The notes under the pieces were generated by a model that had not been told where the DNA came from, searched no databases, and was given only the letters and a program-made list of their open reading frames with translations. Below, one piece after another: positions 36,400-44,327 of a stretch of 57,134 nucleotides of DNA. Within the stretch, counting starts at the first letter, position 1. Each line of letters opens with the position of its first letter. The DNA lies in the NCBI GenBank assembly GCA_964641875.1, contig CAZXLU010000001.1, positions 1 to 57,134 on the forward strand. The letters run 5' to 3'. A program made the position numbers and the translations under genes. Source of the DNA: Candidatus Woesearchaeota archaeon (GTDB lineage Archaea; Nanobdellota; Nanobdellia; Parvarchaeales; Parvarchaeaceae).

Positions 36400-38144
36400 A
36401 TAAATATCACCGCTATAAGTATAACCGCTATCAAACCTATTATTACTGCAGTTATATACCTGAATGCATCGCCGTTTTCAATTTCCCTAGTCTTTGATGA
36501 AAGAATGAGTGTTGATTCTGCTGCAACTGAAGATAAATATGCAAGTGAAGTATCAAATTTCGCAACGTATTCTCCAAACTTAGAAAAGGCATTACCAAAT
36601 GAGATGATAAATTTTTCGTACCTGTAATTTTCCAATTTCTTACCTATATTATAAAACCTTAAAGAGTAATTCTTAGCATGGCCTTTATAAAATACTTCGT
36701 ATGAAGTAAATATCCCTAGGAGTGCGGCTCCCAAGGCTATAAAAGAAAATGCATCAAAACCGTATTTTAACTGTATTATCCCATTAAAAAAGTAGAGAAA
36801 CACTCCGCCTATTACAGATATAACTGAAAGCGTTAATATTGGAAAAGCAGTAATAAATTCCTTCTTTAGTGGTTTATTGGTTTTTTTGCCAAATATTACA
36901 AAAAGGGCCCTAAAAGAGAATAATGCAGTAAAGAAAGAAACTATTACAAAAGCTATATTTTCATATATACTAAAGTTATGTGTAAGGGCAGAATGCGCGA
37001 AAAAACCCATAAATGGAGGTATAGCTGAAAGAGAGGCAAAGCCAATTATTGCTGGTACCATTACCCATGTTTTAGCAGTGCCTTTTTTATTCAATTCGTA
37101 TATATCATAGGTTCCAAGAAGTATTGCAAGAACTCCACTTATGAAGAAAAGCATAGACTTAAAAACAGCATGCGTAAAGAGATAGAATACTGCTCCGCCA
37201 GCATTTAAAGTTCCTACAGCCATGAACATAAAAGCAAGGCTTTCTATTGTAGAATAAGCAAGTATCTTTTTGAAATGCCTTTCTTTAAGTCCAAGGAGTG
37301 CTGCTATAAACGCTGTTAAAAAGGAAATTGAAACGATTACATACGGTATATTCGAAACTGAAACGATTGGTAGTAACCTGACCAAAAGATAAGCACCCGC
37401 TGCCACCATTGTTGCAGAATGAAGCAATGAACTCACTGGAGTTGGGCCTTCCATTGCATCTATTAACCAAGTGTAAAAAGGGAACTGCGCAGCCTTTGAA
37501 AAAGCAGCAATAACCAAAAGTGCTCCCACTAATGTTATAATCGATATAGGGATAGATGACAATGAATTAAGTATGGATAATATCGAAAAGGTATGGAAGT
37601 AAGAAAAAAGAATTACTATTGCTACAAGAAATGATAAGTCCCCTATTCTTGTTATTAAAAGCGCCTTCTTGCTAGAATTCGCAGGAGCTTCCCTATCATA
37701 CCAAAACCCTATCAAAAGATAAGATGTTATTCCAACGAATTCCCAAAAAATAAAAAACAGAAGTAAACTGTTAGATATTACAAGGCCTAACATAGAAAAT
37801 ATAAAAAATGACATCTCTGCATAGAATCTATGCTGCTTTTCCTTTCTCATGTAAAAACCAGCGAATAATAAGACCATTATTGAAATAAAGGAAACTAACA
37901 AAGCCATAAATAAAGTTAGATTATTTCCTATAAAGGATAAGGACAATGAAAAATTAGAAATAGATAACCAAGTATAACTCTGTATTATGTCTTTGTTTAG
38001 AAAAGAAACAAAGAGTATGGCTGAGATTATTAAAGACAATATTGCGCCTGCTAAAGATATAAGCCAGCTTAAATATTTTCTTTCTCCAAATAATGCTATT
38101 AGAATGGAAGAAACCAGCATTGGAAGCACTATAAAGTAAAGCAT
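36396..38144 (-). CDS. nuoL: NADH-quinone oxidoreductase subunit L
   Basis: 582 aa. It has an antiporter-like core (FWEFVGITSYLLIGFWY). The C-terminal region has a long non-TM helix-like segment followed by a final TM, consistent with the NuoL lateral helix. Confidence 0.75.
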   Translation of the reverse strand: MLYFIVLPMLVSSILIALFGERKYLSWLISLAGAILSLIISAILFVSFLNKDIIQSYTWLSISNFSLSLSFIGNNLTLFMALLVSFISIMVLLFAGFYMRKEKQHRFYAEMSFFIFSMLGLVISNSLLLFFIFWEFVGITSYLLIGFWYDREAPANSSKKALLITRIGDLSFLVAIVILFSYFHTFSILSILNSLSSIPISIITLVGALLVIAAFSKAAQFPFYTWLIDAMEGPTPVSSLLHSATMVAAGAYLLVRLLPIVSVSNIPYVIVSISFLTAFIAALLGLKERHFKKILAYSTIESLAFMFMAVGTLNAGGAVFYLFTHAVFKSMLFFISGVLAILLGTYDIYELNKKGTAKTWVMVPAIIGFASLSAIPPFMGFFAHSALTHNFSIYENIAFVIVSFFTALFSFRALFVIFGKKTNKPLKKEFITAFPILTLSVISVIGGVFLYFFNGIIQLKYGFDAFSFIALGAALLGIFTSYEVFYKGHAKNYSLRFYNIGKKLENYRYEKFIISFGNAFSKFGEYVAKFDTSLAYLSSVAAESTLILSSKTREIENGDAFRYITAVIIGLIAVILIAVIFI

Positions 38145-38145
38145 A

Positions 38146-38448
38146 TTAACCTTTGAACCTCCCTAATTTTGATATAGATAAAGATCCCGTTCTTCTTGAA
38201 AATATTACTATTAAAGCTATGAAAACTACAGTTTCAAAAACAACCATTATAAGGGTTATCAATGCATAGCTTACTCCATTTAATTTGGAGTAAAAATTAG
38301 CAGCTGATATAAAATTTATTATAGCTGCGTTAACAATTATCTCAGATGATATCAATATAGATATCCCTTCTCTTCTAGATAATATACCGTATAGCCCTAT
38401 TACAAAAAGAACTGTGGTCAAAAGAAGAAAATAAGATTCATTTATCAT
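38146..38448 (-). CDS. nuoK: NADH-quinone oxidoreductase subunit K
   Basis: 100 aa with 3 TM. LFVIGLYGILSRRE...SSEIIVNAAIINF...ETVVFIALIV fits NuoK, including the two membrane Glu positions. Confidence 0.75.
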   Translation of the reverse strand: MINESYFLLLTTVLFVIGLYGILSRREGISILISSEIIVNAAIINFISAANFYSKLNGVSYALITLIMVVFETVVFIALIVIFSRRTGSLSISKLGRFKG

Positions 38449-38921
38449 ATGTTATCTCCCTTACTTAAAACATATATTGTAGAAAATATGCTTGCTATAG
38501 CCGTAAATGCAAGTACTAAGAGGAGTCCGCCGTAATTTTGGAAAAAGTAAACACCAAAATTAGAAAAATTTAACGTGGAATTATATGAATTACTAGGCAT
38601 TTTTAGCAGAAGAAATGATGTTACCCCTAAAAATATAACCGGTAGAAAATAAGCTAACTTTGAATTTAATCTTTTTATTCTCCCCTCTGGCATTGAACTT
38701 ATTCCTATGGCAAGAAGCAAAACTATCCCACCGTTATATATTATAAGTTCCGCTATTCCGAGGAAGACCGCATTTAAATACAGAATCATAGCTGTTACTG
38801 ATATTATAAACATAAACATGTAAAGCAAAGAGTGTATCATATTCTTTGTCAACACCATCATAAGTGCAGTTATCACAAGCATTAAAGAGATTATTGTAAA
38901 ACCTATGCTGCCTATATCCAT
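38445..38921 (-). CDS. nuoJ: NADH-quinone oxidoreductase subunit J
   Basis: 158 aa. ALMMVLTKNMIHSLLYMF...AVFLGIAELIIYNGGIVLLL fits the NuoJ N-terminal pattern. Confidence 0.65.
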   Translation of the reverse strand: MDIGSIGFTIISLMLVITALMMVLTKNMIHSLLYMFMFIISVTAMILYLNAVFLGIAELIIYNGGIVLLLAIGISSMPEGRIKRLNSKLAYFLPVIFLGVTSFLLLKMPSNSYNSTLNFSNFGVYFFQNYGGLLLVLAFTAIASIFSTIYVLSKGDNI

Positions 38922-39009
38922 TAGTCTATTTAAAATTTGATTAAATAAATAATTAATTGATAAAAATAAGAATAATTATCTATTTATTTAAACGAAATCA
39001 TATATTTTT

Positions 39010-39876
39010 ATGTTGGGATTTAGCATAAAGAACTACGAAAAGGAATTTGGAACAGATGAGCTTGAAAAGAAACACGTGTTCTATGATTTATACATAAAGA
39101 GTGATGACCCGCAGATATTAAGAAACCAAATATCAGAGTACATGACAGACATGGATTATAAGATATTATTAAACGAACTTTCAAAATTTAATGATAACGA
39201 ACTTGAAGAAACATTCCGCGGGGGAAATGCAAAGCCAATACGCGCGCTTTTAAAAAGCGCGAAGGATAACAAAAAAGGATCAAAGTATCCAATCGCATGG
39301 AAAGCATCTTTAATAATTGCTGTTATTCTAGCGATAGTGTTAATTGTGTCATATAGGTCAGAAGTGTATACAAACATAACACATTTTAGCTACAACCCAT
39401 CGGCACTTGTTTTGTATGGTATGATATTATTCTTTGTATTAACGGTAATTTTCCTCGAAATAAAGAAAATAGTTCCAATTTTTTTATGGGCTAAAATCGT
39501 TGGAATATATGATCCTACAGAGGAATCAGCTAATGTAAGGATAGTTCTTGCAGGAGATTGCAAATTCAAGGATAAAGATTCCTACTCTAAGTTAGAAGGA
39601 GATATGACTGAGATGTATAGTGAGTTATCAAGAAAATATGGGAATAAATTAGATAAAAGACAGATGGCTAGTAACATATCAAATAGTCTTTCAATTGGGC
39701 CGCAAGGTTCAACAAAATTAAATAATAAATTAAGAGAAATAGAGAAAGAATCTGCTGATTTAGAAAGGAATTTTGTTGCTGGTAAAATAAGCGAAGAGGA
39801 ATATAAGAAAATGAAGGCGCAGATAGAAGCAAAAAGACAACAACTTGATACTTTATTTGATCTTATAAATGGTTAG
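39010..39876 (+). CDS. Hypothetical membrane protein with SHOCT-like C-terminal motif
   Basis: 288 aa. Soluble N-domain, 2-3 TM segments, then a coiled-coil tail with GKISEEEYKKMKAQI, which is SHOCT-like. Confidence 0.5.
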   Translation: MLGFSIKNYEKEFGTDELEKKHVFYDLYIKSDDPQILRNQISEYMTDMDYKILLNELSKFNDNELEETFRGGNAKPIRALLKSAKDNKKGSKYPIAWKASLIIAVILAIVLIVSYRSEVYTNITHFSYNPSALVLYGMILFFVLTVIFLEIKKIVPIFLWAKIVGIYDPTEESANVRIVLAGDCKFKDKDSYSKLEGDMTEMYSELSRKYGNKLDKRQMASNISNSLSIGPQGSTKLNNKLREIEKESADLERNFVAGKISEEEYKKMKAQIEAKRQQLDTLFDLING

Positions 39877-39978
39877 TTAATTTTTAATTTACAATAAAAA
39901 GATTAGAAAATTATATTGATTATTGCGATTTAATATTTAAAGTTAAGTAAATAAAAGTATTATTATAAGGCTAAACGT

Positions 39979-40152
39979 TTACTTCTTCTTAGAAGAAGCC
40001 AATTCTTTCTGTCTAAGCTCATTCTTAAGCTTAGCAATCTTCTTTTTTAAATGTCTATACTTACCAGCATCAGCTGGCTGAAGCCCTTGCGTCTTCTTTA
40101 TGTTCATTTTCAGGAGCTCCATCTCCAGATCCTTCAGATTCTCTTCTGCCAT
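39979..40152 (-). CDS. rpl29: 50S ribosomal protein L29 (uL29), short form
   Basis: Not on ORF track. MAEENLKDLEMELLKMNIKKTQGLQPADAGKYRHLKKKIAKLKNELRQKE aligns to the L29 L.DL..ELL...Q..G....G...L.K.IA..K pattern. It sits at the expected position after rps3. AGGAGG lies upstream of the ATG. Confidence 0.7.
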   Translation of the reverse strand: MAEENLKDLEMELLKMNIKKTQGLQPADAGKYRHLKKKIAKLKNELRQKELASSKKK

Positions 40153-40750
40153 TTATTTTTATTCCTCCTATAGTTTCTGTTGGCACAACAATTGTCACTT
40201 TTATGCCAATAGACCCTCTTTTTAAAACTAACTGCTTCTTTGCAGTTCTTACGCCAAAAAATTCAATTTGTCCCGTTTTTGGCATTACACTGCCTATAGG
40301 TCTAAATTTAAAATGTGCTGCCCTTTCTTTTATAACCCCACCTATTTCTATCTCTACTCCTTTAGCACCGGCTTCCATTATACTATCCATCGCCTTATGA
40401 GCTACGACTTTATATTTCATTGGGCCATACTTAGCAATTTTAAAAGCTATTGAATCTGCAACTATTGCAGGATCCAAATTTGGATTAGAGGAGTTTTCTA
40501 CTTCTATTCTCGGTGATTCTTGATTGAAAAATTGACCAAGTTCTTTTGAACTTTCTTTTAGTATCTGATTAGCTCTCGTAACTATTGCTCCTGGCTTTGG
40601 CGTCTTTATAACTATTTTCATTCCTAGAGGTGTTTTATCCATCTTTATATCGCTTATCCCAAATCTGTTAAATTTCTTAAGAAGAAATTCTCTAGCAGCC
40701 TCTTCATTAACTTTACTTGCTATTATTTTTTTTGGTAACATACTAATCAT
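40070..40750 (-). CDS. rps3: 30S ribosomal protein S3 (uS3)
   Basis: KH domain region (GISDIKMDKTPLGMKIVIKTPKPG), the C-domain GAKGVEIEIGG, and operon position. The C-terminal tail is encoded inside the rpl29 overlap. Confidence 0.85.
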   Translation of the reverse strand: MISMLPKKIIASKVNEEAAREFLLKKFNRFGISDIKMDKTPLGMKIVIKTPKPGAIVTRANQILKESSKELGQFFNQESPRIEVENSSNPNLDPAIVADSIAFKIAKYGPMKYKVVAHKAMDSIMEAGAKGVEIEIGGVIKERAAHFKFRPIGSVMPKTGQIEFFGVRTAKKQLVLKRGSIGIKVTIVVPTETIGGIKINGRRESEGSGDGAPENEHKEDARASAS

Positions 40751-41391
40751 TCCGCTTTCAAATAATTATTTTCTCCATTTTTATTGCTTTCTTTATTATC
40801 TTTTTCCTCAGTTTTAAACTCTTCTACTTTTTCTTCTTTTTTAACTTCATCCTTTTTCTCTTCTTTTACATTCTCGTTTTTATTTTCGCTTTTTTCTTCT
40901 GCTTTATTTGAAACTTTTTGCACTACTTTCTTTTCCTGGTCAACCAGCGAGTAAATAACTAAATTCGTACGCTTTCCATGCCTATAAACTGAACCGCTGG
41001 AAAACCTTGGATAACCTCCTCTCCCAAGAGAATATCCTGTTATTAATATTTTTGATTCATCAAAACCCATATTTTTAGCATTGCTTTCCAACTCTTCAAT
41101 TAATGAGATTACCTGTTTTGTTGCTTTTTGTGGAAAGCCAGCAGGTACACCGTGCTTATGGCCTTTACTTGGATATTTTTTGAAGGGGATATAAGCTTCT
41201 TTTGAAAGAACTTTATTAAGAAAAGAAACTGCCTTTTTGAGTTCTTTACCCTTTACGGCCTCCATTATTTCATGCGTATGCTTCAATGAAATTGGCATAA
41301 GATTTCTCTTAACCTGAATTCTCGTTAATGGTTTATGCACTTTATCACTTATTGCCGTAACAGCCGCACTATTTTTATTATCTTCTGCCAT
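40747..41391 (-). CDS. rpl22: 50S ribosomal protein L22 (uL22) with K/E-rich C-terminal extension
   Basis: ISLKHTHEIMEAVKGKELKKAVSFL...IPFKKY...GFPQKATKQV fits the uL22 core. About 60 extra K/E/N-rich residues follow it. Confidence 0.8.
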   Translation of the reverse strand: MAEDNKNSAAVTAISDKVHKPLTRIQVKRNLMPISLKHTHEIMEAVKGKELKKAVSFLNKVLSKEAYIPFKKYPSKGHKHGVPAGFPQKATKQVISLIEELESNAKNMGFDESKILITGYSLGRGGYPRFSSGSVYRHGKRTNLVIYSLVDQEKKVVQKVSNKAEEKSENKNENVKEEKKDEVKKEEKVEEFKTEEKDNKESNKNGENNYLKAE

Positions 41392-41394
41392 AAT

Positions 41395-41781
41395 TTACTT
41401 AATCGGTACAAATCCGCTTGAACGTGTTGCTTTCATACCTGGAGAACCATGCTTTACTTGTTTTGTTGTCAAAGAAAACTCTCCAAGTCTATGAAAAACC
41501 ATGTTCGGCTTGATTTCTATTGGTACAAACTCTTTGCCATTATGAACGTGTATCGTTAAACCAACGAAACTTGGTAAAATAAACATTTCTCTCATATGCG
41601 TCTTTATTTGCTTAGATTTTGCAGATTTCTTTTTCATGTTTGATAAAAAAGCTTTTTCCTCTGGTGAAAATCCTTTTTTAATAGCTCTTCTAAAATCAGC
41701 ATTAGCAATCTTAGCCAACTCCTCATTTGTTAAATTCTTGAGTTCTTCTATAGTTTTTCCTCTAAATTTATACTCTTCCAT
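41395..41781 (-). CDS. rps19: 30S ribosomal protein S19 (uS19)
   Basis: [32 protein letters not shown] matches the uS19 core. Confidence 0.85.
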   Translation of the reverse strand: MEEYKFRGKTIEELKNLTNEELAKIANADFRRAIKKGFSPEEKAFLSNMKKKSAKSKQIKTHMREMFILPSFVGLTIHVHNGKEFVPIEIKPNMVFHRLGEFSLTTKQVKHGSPGMKATRSSGFVPIK

Positions 41782-42482
41782 TACCTTTTACCTGTTCTCT
41801 TAGGAGCTATTGCCCCCACTTTTGCACCTGGTGGAGAATTCCTAGAGGAACTCTTAGATTTGTGTTGTGTACTTCTCCTCTTACCTCCAAATTTGTGCTC
41901 ATAAGCGTTCATAGCAACGGCAGCATTCATAGGCCAGTATCTACTTCTTGCTTTTATAAGGTGATATTTATTACCTGCTTTATAGAAGGGTTTTTCCTTT
42001 CTTCCAGAATTAGCTATTCTACCTATTATTGCCCTGCAATTTGCATTTAACCGTATATTTCTGCCGCTTGATAAATATAAAGTTACTTCAGAACCGTTGT
42101 TCTCTACAACTCTAGCAGTATTTCCTCCAGCCCTTACTAATTTACCACCATCACCTGGTTTAAGTTCAATATTATAAACGTTTGTTCCTGTCGGTATATC
42201 AACTAAATGCAGAATAGAACCGTTTGTTATTGAGTCCTTTTTTAAATATGTTATTATCATGCCCTCATAAGCCCCTGTAAATGCGGGTAAAAATGCCATG
42301 TTCCCATTTTCAAGTTTAACTTGCATTAAAGGTGCCGTTCTATACTGATCATGAATCAATTTAACTATTCTGGCATTCATAGGCTCCGAGAATAACGGTA
42401 GTCTAACTTGGGCTATAGCCTTGAAATCGTTGAATCTGAAGACTCTACTTTTTCCCCTTCTCCTTGACCTTGGTACTTTCAT
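41781..42482 (-). CDS. rpl2: 50S ribosomal protein L2 (uL2)
   Basis: [60 protein letters not shown] and [15 protein letters not shown] match the archaeal uL2 pattern. Confidence 0.85.
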   Translation of the reverse strand: MKVPRSRRRGKSRVFRFNDFKAIAQVRLPLFSEPMNARIVKLIHDQYRTAPLMQVKLENGNMAFLPAFTGAYEGMIITYLKKDSITNGSILHLVDIPTGTNVYNIELKPGDGGKLVRAGGNTARVVENNGSEVTLYLSSGRNIRLNANCRAIIGRIANSGRKEKPFYKAGNKYHLIKARSRYWPMNAAVAMNAYEHKFGGKRRSTQHKSKSSSRNSPPGAKVGAIAPKRTGKR

Positions 42483-42577
42483 ATTTATTGAAATTATACA
42501 CTACTTATGTTTTTTAACTTTAAATATATTTTTATACTACTAAAAATATAATTAATACTTAAAGATATTCATTAATA

Positions 42578-43228
42578 ATGAAATACAAAGCATTAAAGCT
42601 TTTCGGAGAGGATATTTTAAATGAAGCTAGACTTTTTTCAAATCTATGTTTAGAAGGTAAAAGGTGGGGAGGAAATCCCATTCTAATAGTTCTAGATGCG
42701 TGCTTAGACAGTTCTGGATTAAATTACTTCACCGTTGTTGTTCCAAAAGTAAGGTATTTCCGTGAAAAGTATATAATAAGCAGAAAAATTAAAAGTTGCA
42801 CAGAATTCGAAAAAATAAAGAAAGAAGAACTCCTTAAAATTTTTAAAAATGAAAGAGTATGGAATGCAATGAAATCAATTTGCTCATTCCTATCAGAAAA
42901 CGATAAATCTTTAGAATTTAAAAAATTAAAAAAGTGGGCAGAAAATGCCAACCCAAAAGAAATAAAAAATGATCCAATCGGAAAAATAAAAGGAGTCGGG
43001 TTAAACACTTTTCAATACCTTAGAATTCAATGTGGCATTGACACAATAATGCCGGATAAAATCATAATAAAGTGGATAAAAAAGAATTTTAAGGATATTG
43101 GGAGCCCTTATGATGCTATAGAGGAAGGAAAAAGAATAGCTAAGTCTTTAGACATAAATTGTATAGAATTATGCTGGGCCATATGGATAAAAGAGAGTAA
43201 AGAACTTAATCGAATAAAAATTGAATAG
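42578..43228 (+). CDS. Hypothetical helix-hairpin-helix protein (possibly HhH-GPD-like)
   Basis: IKGVGLNTFQYLRIQCGIDTIMPDKIIIKW resembles the HhH motif plus the downstream Asp of the EndoIII/HhH-GPD superfamily (LPGVG..TA......G...I.VDTH). The rest is unrecognised. Confidence 0.4.
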   Translation: MKYKALKLFGEDILNEARLFSNLCLEGKRWGGNPILIVLDACLDSSGLNYFTVVVPKVRYFREKYIISRKIKSCTEFEKIKKEELLKIFKNERVWNAMKSICSFLSENDKSLEFKKLKKWAENANPKEIKNDPIGKIKGVGLNTFQYLRIQCGIDTIMPDKIIIKWIKKNFKDIGSPYDAIEEGKRIAKSLDINCIELCWAIWIKESKELNRIKIE

Positions 43229-43258
43229 ATATATAAAATATAAAAAACTAACTTTTCT

Positions 43259-43537
43259 ATGAATATAGATAAAATAAATTTTATAAAAAAGTCGTTTGTA
43301 AATTTTGAATCCAAAAGCGAGAAAATACTAATATATAGGGAAATTGGGGAGGACAACTTTCATTTCGTATTTAAATGTCCAAAATGCGGAAAAGACAATG
43401 ACTTCTTAGGAAGCTTAAATTTAGAAAAGAAAAAGGAAAAGGGAAAATTAAAGGAAGTATATACTTTTAACTGTAAATTTTGTAATGAAGGATATTCTAT
43501 AGAAAGGCTAAAGCCACCGCGTGGAAGCGGAAAGTAA
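43259..43537 (+). CDS. Hypothetical zinc-ribbon protein
   Basis: 92 aa with CPKCGK ... CKFCNEG pairs. Confidence 0.45.
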   Translation: MNIDKINFIKKSFVNFESKSEKILIYREIGEDNFHFVFKCPKCGKDNDFLGSLNLEKKKEKGKLKEVYTFNCKFCNEGYSIERLKPPRGSGK

Positions 43538-43538
43538 T

Positions 43539-44327
43539 ATGAATAATTTGAATGACCTAACAATAAAATTAGTAAATGATTTTAAAATAAAAAGCGATAA
43601 TGAAAATGGTCAAAATTTTCTAGTGGATGAAGAAATTTTAATGCAAGAGATAAATGAAGCCGAATTAGAGAAAGATGACATAGTATTAGACATAGGAGCA
43701 GGATTTGGTAGCATAGAGAGTGAAGTAAGAAAGATATGCAAGATAATAGCGGTAGAAAAAGAGGTTAAATGTTACTCTTATCTTTTGGATAAATATGAGA
43801 TAGATAAAAACGTTGAGATAATAAATGCAGACGCATTAGACATTGTGTATCCAAAATTTACAAAAATAATAGCAAATCCTCCTTATAATATAATAGACAG
43901 GATAATAGAGAAGATATCAAACTATGACTTTAATATAGGGGTTATGATAATACCAAAAACCATCGCTGAACAACTTTATTCACAAGAAAATAAAACTTCT
44001 TTTTCAGCGATTCAAAAAGTATTTATAGATTTCAAAAAAATCGCAGACGTGCCTAAGAATTCTTTTTATCCCGAGCCGAGGGTTACAAGCACGATGATAA
44101 AGTTAAGAAAAATAAAAAATAACATCTTACAGGAGATATTTAAAAGGCGAGAAATGACCGTAAAAAACGCCATAATAAATGCAACTTTAAGTATACAAAA
44201 TAAAACAAAACGGGAGAGTAAAAAAGAATTCTATGAATACAGTAAAGATATAAAGGATATTGAAAACAAACAAGTAAAGAGTTTGAACTTAAGGGAAATT
44301 AATCTTATAATTGATATGTTTAAATAA
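43539..44327 (+). CDS. rsmA: 16S rRNA (adenine1518/1519-N6)-dimethyltransferase KsgA/Dim1
   Basis: GQNFLVDE, VLDIGAGFGSI (SAM site) and IANPPYNI. I prefer the ATG at 43539 over the GTG at 43521. Confidence 0.8.
   Translation: MNNLNDLTIKLVNDFKIKSDNENGQNFLVDEEILMQEINEAELEKDDIVLDIGAGFGSIESEVRKICKIIAVEKEVKCYSYLLDKYEIDKNVEIINADALDIVYPKFTKIIANPPYNIIDRIIEKISNYDFNIGVMIIPKTIAEQLYSQENKTSFSAIQKVFIDFKKIADVPKNSFYPEPRVTSTMIKLRKIKNNILQEIFKRREMTVKNAIINATLSIQNKTKRESKKEFYEYSKDIKDIENKQVKSLNLREINLIIDMFK

Noticed and set aside
33633-38921. Alternative reading of the nuo cluster as an Mrp-type cation/proton antiporter
   Set aside because: A NuoJ-like gene is present and the gene order is J-K-L-M-N. The NuoL C-terminus has a lateral-helix-like segment. 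No MrpB/E/F/G-like small subunits are present. All of this favours complex I membrane-arm identity.
39243-39261. GC-rich 19-nt palindrome CGCGCTTTT-A-AAAAGCGCG, conspicuous in an AT-rich background
   Set aside because: It occurs once, inside a coding region (encoding ...IRALLKSAK...). I saw no second copy and no flanking regulatory context, so there is too little to call a regulatory or recognition site.
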